Source of the DNA: Phoronis australis
Taxonomy: Eukaryota; Animalia; Phoronida
NCBI GenBank assembly: GCA_002633005.1
Contig: NMRA01001166.1
Coordinates: 8,057 to 44,470, forward strand
Direction: 5' to 3'
DNA: 36,414 nucleotides
Shown piece by piece: positions 23,502-34,798 of the stretch. A model generated the notes under the pieces. The model saw only the letters and a list, made by a program, of their open reading frames with translations. It was not told the origin of the DNA and searched no databases. The position numbers and the translations under genes were made by a program. How positions within the stretch are numbered: the stretch's first letter is position 1; the number at the start of each line of letters is the position of its first letter.

Positions 23502-24725
23502 TTCAATAGAAGCTAAACCAACATCAATACAGAAAGGGCGCTCAACAAAGGAACGGCGCTATCAAATATCTCAAATTCAAAAAGTAGACGTCCTAGCGAA
23601 AAATGTAAAACATCTTCTGAAAGCCGGTTCAAAATTTTATCTAAAGTGATAGTATAGTTAAATTCCGTTAGTTTTTCAAAAAAATGATATTTTGCGTTTT
23701 TTTGAAATTCAAAGTCACATAACTCGAAAACGGTAAGTCTGAGAAAAAATTGTTACAGTTCATTCGAAAAAATGTACCTCAGATATTCTACATGCAAACG
23801 ACGAAAATTGCGACCTATAATGTGCTAACAAAAAAACTTGACGACAGAGCAACATACTTGGCGAAATTCATTTCGCCAAGTAATGGCCAAGACTTCTCCC
23901 TCGCTGATAACCAGGGTCATAGAACCTAGCCCGTAAAGCTTGAAAAAGAACGTCGTCTCGTCGGCTATGTCTTTTCTGAGAATAAAAGAAAACATTCTAA
24001 TCATCATATCACTTCTTGTGGTACTATCACTGTATGGAACAACGACATGGAATGTTTGAAAACATCACTGAATGTGCTAGTACCAACTCGCATATTTGCA
24101 CGAAAATGTGTTAAAAATTAGCAACGTTAGCGATCACATAAAAACGTACAGTAAATGTTTTGTGCGGTAGGGTTGCATATGCTAGCCTGTCATTATTTGG
24201 TCATGAAATTATCTTTTCACCGAGGTGGTGGTTACCATTACTTTCCAAATTTACTTCACGCTCTGACTCGAAATTCCCAAGCTTTCATCTTTAAAGCACC
24301 CATGCGCGTCTTATTGCCCAGCTGTTAAACAAGCAATGCTTCCTTACGTGTATGTGTGAACGTCAGTCTCACCAGTGTGTCATATCCCAAAAAAGTTCAT
24401 GTACGTGACTCATTTTGGCTGTTCACAATCCATCAATGATTTAGTATCTGACTCTACACGTGAATGCAAAACCCTGGGGTTTAACCCGATAGAGCGTTCG
24501 GTTCCTCATCCTTCCCTAACTTCGTTTTTAAGATCCCATGCTCCCGACTGAGTCTTGATTTTTGAATTTCTCAGTCTAAGTGGTAACCTTGGGTAGAATC
24601 GTCATTTTAAATATAGAAAGTACTCCCTAGTGTCATTTTACAAAGATGTTTGAGTGATACTGGAATATACATGCAAAGGTTTTAGGTGAAAGTTGAGCTG
24701 ACTGCCTTATCAGACAGCGAAAATA

Positions 24726-24765
24726 ACCTATCGTTAGCATGCTTTTAAGCATGCTAACGATAGGT
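24726..24765. repeat. Perfect 19-bp inverted repeat with 2-nt spacer
   Basis: acctatcgttagcatgctt-tt-aagcatgctaacgataggt. Confidence 0.92.
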
Positions 24766-25097
24766 CATAAATGCTTGAATTTGGTTTCCAACAATTTTGA
24801 CATCATAGTCTAAGTATTTCTTTTTAAACTCATAACCAGAAATAAACGCGAGTCACACATTGTATTAGCTCAATTGCAGGGAATGTTGAACCAAGATGCA
24901 TTCTGGACGCAAAGATTGTAGATGCACTCCAGAGAACAGTAATGGAAGTGCAAATATGTATCCAAGTCAGAGGCTTCAACGTGAAAAGCCTTTTTGATGA
25001 TTATTTAGAAACATTTATAGCAAACATTTCTTGGACGCTCATGTGGTTGGCGGGAGGTGACGATAGGAAGGTCTGGATTTTATGAATACTTTCTCAG

Positions 25098-26319
25098 GCA
25101 GGAGATGCACTGCCGACTACGAAAGAGCTGGAGCATCTGCCGATATAACCAGTTATCTACATGTATGTCGTCAACCATCTGCATATTTGTAAAAACCTTT
25201 CCCCCTCTAAAACTTACTTTCCAGGGCCATGTTGCACAAACGTCAAATGATGGATACCAATAATGCCTTCGCACTATATAACACGTCACTATGCTATTAC
25301 TGAATACTGAACTACATGTATGTACATGTATATGCTATCTTGCAACAATCAGAATAATACAGTGTTGTGTAACCCAATGGTGGTTTATTTCAGTCAGGTA
25401 GACTTATTCTCCCATAATTTACATATTTATTCTAACCTTTTCAGAAACAAAACCGTAGGTTGCTGGGAGAAATCCATGCTGCTTGTCGGGACTGGCCCAC
25501 CAGTTGTCTCCTCAAAGTCAACGAACCTTCAGTCCAGTTCAACTCGTCCATGCAGAAAACGAAATTCATCTCAGAGAATGCAACTCTCCCCTTTATTCTC
25601 GACTCAAACCCCGATGTATGTAATCTTTTCACAAAACATTATCTCGATTGTAAATAAAATCTAGAAGTTGTTTAAGGTTTGAAGGCATGAGTCAAGTTTT
25701 CTATCAACAGTTTCTTGGTAGAGTAAGATGTACGGGGCTTGTTTAGTTCAATCGCAATGTGTGGGAATACACACTTTACTGATTCTTGCAGTTTTAGATA
25801 CAAGGGTATTTTAACGCTTGTTAAAACTAAAGTTAATGGTTTCAAAAACGCATTAACAGTTAGTGATTGTCCACAATTACTTAATAATCTTCTATGGTTT
25901 TTGATCTTCAGAAAACAAGACAATGTATCGCTGTAAGGCAAAAAGCAGCAGACGAGAAGCGCCGTAAAGGGGAAGAAGGACGAAGAAAAGACGAAGCATC
26001 TTTTCAAATCAGACGTCATGATTGGTCGGCGGATAAAAAGCCAGTGTTTCGGCCTTACCACCAACCGGAGCCAGTTTCCAGAGTCGCCGCCAAATCACCA
26101 AAAGCTGGCGGTAATGCCTTGATGAAGGAGCAGAGTAAAATGATGCAACAGCAGCAAAAATTTATAGAAAAGCAACAAAAACGGATGTTCAAACACTACC
26201 AAAAGAACATGGAGGAACACATAATGGAGAATATCGACTTCGCCATTCAGCCAAATATAGAGATTCCCGGTGTCCAGGAGTGCTTTGGCGGGGCATATAT
26301 CCTTGAAGGGTGTATGTAA
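25098..26319 (+). CDS. Putative spliced gene of unknown function (exons 25098-25162, 25445-25615, 25912-26319; possible upstream exon from 24880)
   Basis: Acceptors tttctcag, ctaacctttttcag and gatcttcag, and two GTATGT donors. The exons join in one frame: RRCTADYERAGASADITSYLH|KQNRRLLGEIHAACRDWPTSCLL...DSNPD|KTRQCIAVRQKAADEKRRKGEEGRRK...MQQQQKFIEKQQKRM...EGCM*. AATAAA at 26387. Confidence 0.55.
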
Positions 26320-27023
26320 AATGAACTGCACAGAGCTCTTGGTTCCTACATGACTGACAGGTGAAAAGCAGTCTTTGGGATTAAGAAATAAAAATATTGT
26401 TACTTCTGTGGCGTTCATATCGTAAGAAAAAGTGGAACAAAAGTTTCCAGCAACAGCCTATGGAATAAAGTACATGTGTACATGTATATGCTTACAATAT
26501 GAACACGTGTACATAATGAAACTTAAACTAGTAAAACTATACAATGAAACGCTTAACAACAATCTGGCAACGCTGAAATTCGACAGGGTTTCGGCGCAAT
26601 TAAGACCCCTTTCATTTCTGACTAAATCTCGAAAAAAATCTTCACAAGTGTTAATCCATCCACGGTGTCTAAATCACGACTGAAGTCTACGAAGGTACAA
26701 TACCTAAAGAAATAATTAGCGGCTAGGCGCAATAACGCCATAACAAATTTAAAAAAACGCTATTCGATTAAACTGCATAACAATCACTTATGTTACCGGG
26801 ATTCTATAGCTATGAGCTAAGATTCCTTTTGACGAACATCAAAAACGAGGTTAATCCTTAGCATGGCACCACAGTAGAAAAATGAATATTTTTTTAAAAA
26901 TTAGTCCTGTTATGGAGAAGAAGATTTAGTTTGTGAAGAGTGAAACTGATTAAATATTTTAATTTCGTTAAACAAATAACCAAGAGCCATACCATTTGTA
27001 TGTAGCTAAAACTCATGATTATC

Positions 27024-27176
27024 GCCTCCAGTTATGTAGCGCTAGGACCTCACTAAAAAGCAAGACTTCGCGACACTTCGTCAGACATTGCCGTAAATTT
27101 TGAATGAAAATACGTGACTTTGACTAGATTTTAGCTAGGTCCTAGCGTAAGTCCTATTGTTACTGAACAAACGCCC
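27024..27176. mobile_element. Palindromic ~150-bp MITE copy (left member of an inverted pair)
   Basis: gcctccagttatgtagcgctaggacctcactaaaaagcaagacttcgcga...ctaggtcctagcgtaagtcc...actgaacaaacgccc is the reverse complement of 29528-29679 over its length. Confidence 0.8.
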
Positions 27177-27432
27177 GGTTAGAGCTAGCCTATTCACCTC
27201 TTTCACGAACGCGGGGCGCTGCTGTCGTGTTGATCGAAAACGAGGCGCCTTGACAAACATGGCATCGTCCTGCAAGGTGGTGTGGTCAAAAGACTTTTCA
27301 ACGTTACCAAAAATCAAGTTGTCTGATGTTGAATCGATCTCCAAAAAACATACCAATACTTACGTCAACTAGACTTTTACCATCCTCAGCCATTCCTTAG
27401 TAGTTTTCCCTCTTTTGAAAAAGTGTGGAAGT

Positions 27433-29138
27433 CAGGGATATACCCAGGCTTTTAGTCTTGAAAAACCCTGCTCGCCAGCTGGGCGAGTGCCGGAGCCAGA
27501 AAATTTACTCGCCAAGCCCGAAGTTCGGTCGCCCGGCCGTTGGCGCCAGTCACCACAAACTTGCTGCTAATTTAAATAAAAATCATCGTTTCGTGCACTG
27601 ATGTCACCATCTATTAGGGCTACCGTATTCGCTCTAATAAGCGCCCAGCGATGGGGACTCTTTTTGAAGCCTATGGGTGACATCGGAAGCTAGGATTCAT
27701 CAAATTTACGCGCTGTGACGTATGTGTAACCTATGACAGACTAGCTACAAAACTGTAGTGCTTTGCTATCAAACTCTGTTGTTAAATTACGATCTTTTAA
27801 AAAAAAATGTGCTGAAATCCCAGGGCGAAAACTTGCCGACTGATGCGTCGCTGCTTCGCGATCGTCGATAGGACAACTTGAATTCTTGAGTAAAAATAGT
27901 TTCGACTCAAATTACCTGAAATCCTCCCAAATAGCCTTTCCTAAGATTCTTAAGTTCCTGTGGACTCGGAGTCGGGATTAACCGCAGATTAAGTCAAAAT
28001 CTGCGCTAGATCGCACCCCGCAATGAGAAAAATCTGGACGAACACATATGTTGTTGTCAAGTGAGTGAGCGCGTGCGTGTCATCAGTGTTCAATTGCCAG
28101 AGTACGTAGCAGGCCCAATGAGCTGTATATGTAGTATATTTATCTCATTGAGCAGGCCCACATGTTGTATGTGGGCCCTAGCGCGCTCTTCTTGGCCAAG
28201 TTTCGATTCGCGGTTTTTATAATTTTTCGTGTACAAAGCAATCTGGATTCCTGTTGTGGGAGAAGATCTGTACGGGAAAGATACAATACCAATCCCGTTG
28301 ACCTGAGTACGCTGCGTCTGTTCTGATCAGGGCCAGACCATGTAGTGTGACACTTTCCTCGCAAGATCAGCAAATTTGCGTTCTTTTTGAAGCACTGCGG
28401 AATGGTTTGAAGTGTACAGCCTCGGCTAAATACCGACATAGCGGCGAGGCTGGTAGTCTACTAGAAATTACGCGCACAATGATTTTTCAGAACTGTCGGA
28501 TATTATTGATAAATTGAATACATTTACTGTAGAATTTTAGAACTGTGAGGTAAGACATTTTTCGCACTGATATATACATGTACACATTCATGGACTAGGG
28601 GCTTATTTTAGCGAAGTCTGAAAACGAGTGGGGACGCTTATAGGGGTATGGGCGCTTATTAGGACGAATGTTATAAAATAATTTTGGCTAAAATGACATT
28701 GTACATTACAATAAGAAATCAGTTCCAAGAAATATGGTATTTCATTTGCTATGAGCACATGGACCGGTCTTCCACCTTTCTCCCCTTTTCTTCGTTTCGG
28801 ACTAGTCCACAAATTCTTTGTGCACGACCACACGCTGTTTTTTGACGAATCGCGTATAGTAACGAGTGACATGTACATGTACTGAATCGGTAGGGTCGCA
28901 CTGCGTCGATGTTTTTTACTGCCGGAGCATCGACACGATGACCAAACTGAACCTTAAATTCATGATAAAAACAGCACAAGGAGGAGGAAAATTATTCATA
29001 TTCACCTGGGAAACGATATATAGTGTTTTTGCGCTCTGAAATTCGCTCGCCACCGGGCGACCGGCAAGTCAACTTCTACTCGTCCAGCACCATTTTTACT
29101 CGCATTGACGACTGGGCGAGTGGCTAAGTATATCCCTG
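27433..29138. mobile_element. Non-autonomous hAT-like element splitting the THAP coding sequence
   Basis: 11-bp TIR CAGGGATATAC...GTATATCCCTG with repeated subterminal actcgcc/ggcgagt motifs. Flanks GGAAGT / GGAAGG. Removing the element and one flank restores ...SVSFHTF. Confidence 0.8.
27621..28670. mobile_element. pogo/Tigger-like (TA-CCGTA) MITE nested in the hAT-like element
   Basis: Left taccgtattcgctctaataagcgccca, right tgggcgcttattaggacgaat (outermost bases lost), with subterminal gggcgcttat-like repeats. Confidence 0.65.
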
Positions 29139-29527
29139 GGAAGGATACCGACGAGTTATTACTGGAATTGGTACATTCAGGCACTGCACAGTACACCATG
29201 GCCAGCTCATGATCACTCATGAGGGTTTATCATTGTGCCTCGTTTTCGATCAGTAATTAAAGATGGCGCGGGAAGATGGCGCTTTCGTGAAATAGGTGAA
29301 TAGCGGAGTACATTGGTATATCCGTTTACTTGCAGGGTACGTTGCTTGAACACCCGTATTTATTCTTCACTGCCTGTAATTTGGTTATGATGCCATTGTT
29401 ACAAGAGACCCCTCCCACCATCACAATATTCCACAGGTGGCACATATAAGGTTACCACAAGACATTCAAGGTACACGTCCTCTGCCATATTTTTAGAAGT
29501 CCATTTTTTCTTAAAAACTTAAGAGCA

Positions 29528-29679
29528 GGCGTACGTTCAGTAGACGCTTGGACCTACGCTAGGACCTAGCTAAAACCTAGTCAAAGTCTCGTGTTCTCTA
29601 TGAAATGCACGGCAATATCTCACGTAATCTCGCGAAGTCTTGCTTTTTAGCGAGGTCCTAGCGTTACTGAACGGGAGGC
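29528..29679. mobile_element. Palindromic ~150-bp MITE copy (right member of the inverted pair)
   Basis: Reverse complement of 27024-27176. Internal ends gttcagtag..ggacct / aggtcctagcgttactgaac. Confidence 0.8.
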
Positions 29680-30699
29680 ATATATAACTTCCATGAGTAT
29701 TCAATATAGAATGTCTATCTGGGACAGTGTTCAAGGTAGTATGTCCACTGATCTGGGACAATGTTGACAGAAATTTGGTCTTACCTTCCTACTTCACAAC
29801 TGCTGAAAACGTTCAGTAGCGACGTGCATTATGAACGCATCACAGTCTAGAATTATGCATAGCAATCTCGATAAATTGCGGTTATGTGTGTGTCCTCAGG
29901 GAATTTGTGAATTTGGGCAAGTGATATTTGATTATTTTTCAGATACAGGTAAATCCATGTAAAGCGTGCAAGACCATTTTTCTGACTTGAATCAGTTTTC
30001 ATGGAGCCAACCCCTAGATTATGCCGTACTACATGAATGTATTCCATATTACTCCAGCGAGGAGTTTTTGTCGACAAAATCAAGGGTTATAAATTTGGGT
30101 TTCTGGTAGGGAATAGTATCACATGTTGTTTTTAAATTTTAGGACAGTCTTGCTTCTAACCACTGAGAAATATACAGTAGGAGACAAATTGGAATTAAGG
30201 GTATTTTCCACTGTCAAATCCGTACGACCAGAAAGCGCTGCCATCAACATACAGAACCACATGTCGCTGTCAGTAACACTAATATTATAGTAAAAATAAT
30301 GGGCCTAAAATAAACCACTTACACGCAGGTGTTCTGTTTTGGACAGTTTTAAAATCTGTATTTTAATGACAATCAACGTATGCTTAATTAGAGCTTTATG
30401 GGCCGAAACGCTCATATCCACGGCTCTGATGCCATAGCCAACAAGTACTGCACAGGAGACAGTTATGATGCCCCGCGTCAAAGACCTTTCTCTGTTTTAA
30501 GAATACGACAGGAGCTTCCCCTCTACAAGCTGGGTAACAGGTAATCTGTAACGTGGATTAGAGTTATAGCTCTGGATTGCCCACGTCCAAATCCATGTTT
30601 TAACGTACATGTAAAAGAGTGTAGCATTTGAATCTCTGATCATACTGTATATATTTGTTAGATGAGCTCCAGTTATAATCATGCATAAATGAATATTTT

Positions 30700-32700
30700 G
30701 CAATTCATACATCTCAACGATTCCATAAGCGGACTATGTTTTCATGTTGTTTATATAAAGTAAACTGCTGTTGTGCTGCCTGTGTCTCCGTACAGAACTG
30801 CATTGGCTGCATACTTATGTACTCGGAAAAACTAAAGCGCTCTAGAACGAAGCATTTCACATTGCAAAAACATTTATAGCCCCAAACTCCAGAACAATAC
30901 TCCATGACGCCTAGCAAAGTAGTCAAAGCACTTTATAAAAGGGTTAAACATGCTTTTTAACATCTTGTATTTACCGACAAAGACGCCTACATGTAGCGCT
31001 TCTGCCGTTGCCTTATATAATCTAGATTCTCTTTGAGAAATACAAATAAATATTTGCATTTACAGGCATATTCTATGCCTCTAGATCCAAAATTATTATT
31101 GTTTACTCCAGAAGTGTGCAACTGTTCTTTTTTCAAAGTTAACACATATGTTCCATTTCCAACACCTATTATGTAACATGTTTAGCAATATTTGTAAATG
31201 TAAACTGCCTTCGCTGCTTGGAAAAGAACTAAATCACCTGCATAAAGAAAGCAGCGCAAGTTTTAACCTCCAATATAAATATCCTTTAGATCAATAACTA
31301 AGTCAGTTGCCGGACATCTTTATTGACGTCAAACCAAGCTATTTTGTCGTCACCTGCGTTTAATGCAGGCTTCTGTATGCGCATTACCATGCCTTGGCAG
31401 TAGAGTGAAATTTTCCAACAATTCTCACCTTAATCAACTTATACAACAATTTTCTACCTAAAATACCAAGCGCTTTTTACACATCCAAGAAGGTGGCATG
31501 TAATGTGTGTTTTTTTAAATTATTTTGGATAACTGAAGTTAGAGTGAAACCATGATGGGAGCAGGGCCTATCCCTTCGGAGGCCATTTTGCTCTTCAACC
31601 AATTTGTTATCAAAATACCAAAACTCCATAAGTCTGTTATTCAAAAGACAGAAACCTGCTGACACTGAACAATAAGCTAATTTTCCTGTAATCAAAGGCA
31701 TACTTATATATTTGTAGGTCCCTTTTAGGCATTGGATCACTAATAAATTAATTGCATTGCACCACATGGATAGGAGTTTACCTGAAAGCAGAAACAAATT
31801 AAATAAATCCATTAACTAAAAGTTGAATCAGGTAATAATTTTAAAACTTAACTCGGCATGTATGTCGTCGGTTATTTTTTCCTCCGCTTGGAGGACACAG
31901 ACTTAAAAAAACAGTGGTGAGATAACAAAAGTCACAAAATGAATGGATTATGGAGGTTCACTGCCGCAGGGAGATGGCTTTTGTTTTACATGTTAAAAAT
32001 ACAATTTATTTCCAAAGATCTGTAATGGAAATTACAGAATCAACTCTCACCAAGTTCTCTCGAAGTTTCCCTTGCCATTAAACTAATTGATTTCTTAACA
32101 GTTAAAGGGAACTGAAAGGTCACTTGGCATGGACTTGATGTGGTACGAGATTTGTCGGGTTGGCAAGCCCCATCAATTTTGGTGGCTTTTTGAAACTCAT
32201 TGCACTTGCTGAGGCCCTGCAACTTAGAGATGGAAATTATTTTGTCAGCTACTGGATAGGTTTGAAACGTCCGCTTGTATTTAGGTGTTGATTTATGACG
32301 TATGCCATTAAGAGCATTAATAAAATCCATTTCCGGTGGATCTCACATGTGAAAAATGTACAAAGCGTTTCAGATTCGTGCTCAACTATTCTTTACATCG
32401 CGATAATCCAATGAAAGGCGCCCTAAATAGTCATTTTAAGGTTCCAATTTTAATCCATTAGAAAAACGTGTTCTCATAGTAAGACAGCTTTCTAAGATTT
32501 TTGTCAAGTATCCTGTAATAATTTTCTACCGAACATGGCATTATTCTTCCTAAGAATTGCTTGCAAAAATGCAAAAAAAATAGATGGTAGGTCTTCCCTT
32601 ACTTTTTGGTAGTTTAATGACCTGTTAAAGTCGTTTTGTGAAACAAACTCTATGTCTTCAAAGGTATTCGACAATTTAATTCGATCAGGGGGGGGGGTAT
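30700..32700 (-). mobile_element. Degenerate non-LTR retrotransposon ORF2 (RTEX/L2-like reverse transcriptase)
   Basis: Minus-strand fragments in RT order: LLNNRL...LVEEQNGLRRDRPCSHH.FTL...ATFLDV, RCFLYAGDLV (YADD site, about 31225-31258), AL(HV)GVFVGKYK, MEYCSGVWG and VHKYAANAVLYGDTG. Upstream boundary uncertain. Confidence 0.82.
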
Positions 32701-32833
32701 TTGGTCAAAACCAACATTGAGAAATTATATTTCCTTTTAACAAATTTAAAAACTGAAGATGATATAATTGATGTTTATCAACACTGAGGTCTTTTTTGCC
32801 AGTTCAGATGTGATGCCGGTAGAAGATGAGCCT

Positions 32834-32841
32834 CGTGTACG

Positions 32842-32888
<47 letters not shown>

Positions 32889-32894
32889 GCGTGT
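32834..32894. repeat. (GT)n microsatellite at the head of a non-autonomous repeat
   Basis: Imperfect GT dinucleotide run followed by tggatggattttcatgaattttggcaga-type units (32952, about 33625). These are inverse-similar to the intronic units at 3.3-6.4 kb. Confidence 0.9.
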
Positions 32895-33939
32895 TTGCCC
32901 CCACTGACAATTTTAGTTTTGTTGTTATTTTCCATATTTACCAAATTCCTGGATGGATTTTCATGAATTTTGGCAGATACGTTTCGGTTATAGAGGCTTT
33001 TCATTTTCCTGTGGACTCTACGTACAGTAATCTAATCCCCCTTGTAGTGGCAAATCATGTTCTTCGTTGTGTCAAACTGCTTGAACGAACATCACAAAGC
33101 TTTTCGGATATGTTGCTATTGGGGTGACGATATTTGATGTTGATTGTTTACTGGTCTTTCTCCAGTTGCGCCTCTTGGTGACAATTTAGCTTTTCTTAAT
33201 GTATGCCTTTGTATCGACCAAGTTCCTTGATGCGTTTTGATTAAATACGACAAATAGTTTTTTTATTATGTTAGACAACGACAATTCCCAGTTTGGACAC
33301 GATTCAACATATTCTGCGCCCACTAGAGGCCATTTTCCTTATTGCTGGCATCCGCCTCTTTGTCCTCCAAATAGTGACTGAAGGATAAAATTTTATTCAC
33401 GTGCTTCTATTAAGGAGATGATCGTCACTGGCACCGGTTTTCTGATGTGTCCTCAATGCCACATTAGTTTCCGGTGCAGCAATACATGTATCAACCAAAT
33501 TCTTAAAGTTAACGAAAATTTGTAAAATTTGGTGAATGTTTTCCAAATGAGTGTCTGATTACTGTCGCAACCTCTGGTAACAATTTATGTTGTAGATATG
33601 ACTATGTGTCTAGTAAGCTTCTTGATGGATGAAATTTGGCAAATGAAATGTCAATGATATGGCGGCGATTGCCTTGTTTAAGATAAATGTGATGTTTACT
33701 GCACCATCTTGTGTTATTTATATTTTATAGTTTTCCATAATGTTTATGAACGCCCTTAGAAGCATACCGTTAGTGGTCATGTTGACAAAAATCTGTAATA
33801 TTATGTTGAATATGTTTTCATTTTTGCTTCTTTTTATCACCATTACATGTATTTGTTGGCCCAAGATTCCACTTTGTGAAAACACAGGTTCTATGTATTG
33901 AAACGTACATCAAGAATGTAGGATTTCTCCGAAGTTACG

Positions 33940-34798
33940 ATGGTTATGAAAGACAGACGAATGACTGTTCAACATTTGGCAAACAATGTTTGCATCAGCA
34001 ATGAGTCCGTCTCTAAAATTGTGAGTAAAGATTTGGGCATGAGTAAGCTGAGTGCACGATGGGTGCCAAGAATGTTAACTCAGGATCAGAAAATTAGCAC
34101 AATGCAAATTTCAAAAGAAATTCTAATAAGATTCCAAGCAGATTCAGCCAAATTTTCCAGAAGATTTGTAGCCCAGGATGAGACATGGGTCCACTACTTT
34201 GACACGAAATCAAAACAACAAATTAAACAATGGAAGCACGAAGCCTGAGAATGTTAAGTTTGGTGCCTCTGCAAGCAAAGGTATAGCCTCTGTGTTCAAG
34301 AACAGCGAAGGTATTCTGATGATCGACAACTTGCAACGAGGACACATTGTTACTGGGAATTACTATGCATCACTTTTGGAAAAACCCAAAAAAGTAATCA
34401 AAGAAAAGAGACGCGGGATATTTCGGGATGGAGTGCGGTTGCTTCAAGACAACGCACCTGCAAATACTGCACAAGTTGAGTTGGGTGAAGGAACTAGATG
34501 TGGCTTTGAAATCCTTCGGCTCCCCGCCGATTCTCCGTCTGATTTTTATTTGTTTCCACAATTGAAGGCCTACCTACGTGGACGCCAGTATGTGAGCAAT
34601 GATGACGTCATGAATGCCGTGGAGGAGTATTTTGAGGGTCTCAACAAAAGTTTCTTTTACGAAGGCATCGCAAAACTGGAGCACAGATGAAAGAAATGCA
34701 TTGATGTAATGGGAGATTATATTGAAAAATAAAAGCCAAAATTAGTTGCTATCGCGTTGTTTTCTGGTTGAGACCTAGAACTCATTGAACTACCCTCA
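33940..34798 (+). pseudogene. 5'-truncated mariner (DD34D-type) transposase pseudogene with probable right TIR
   Basis: HTH region, then WVPRML, QDETWVHYFD, LQDNAPA, (YSPDL-deleted) SPSDFYLFPQLK and *KKCIDVMGDYIEK*. Frameshift near 34240. TIR-like aactcattgaactaccctc at about 34779-34797. Confidence 0.92.

Larger units (their letters stand above)
27190..29303. mobile_element. Internally deleted two-gene DNA transposon, ISL2EU/PIF-Harbinger-like, with THAP remnant
   Basis: TIRs ctattcacctctttcacgaacgcg / cgctttcgtgaaataggtgaatag. Convergent gene starts: + strand MASSCKVVWSKDFSTLPKIKLSDVE (27260) and - strand THAP MVYCAVPECTNSSNNSSVSF|HTFSKEGKLLR.WLRMVK. Superfamily is inferred. Confidence 0.65.

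Noticed and set aside
23520-26880. TIR pair enclosing the orphan gene
   Set aside because: Both flanks look like transposon subterminal DNA, but I could not find matching inverted termini or a TSD.
32768-33127. VC-repeat and HT-repeat ORFs
   Set aside because: Artefacts of the (GT)n microsatellite.
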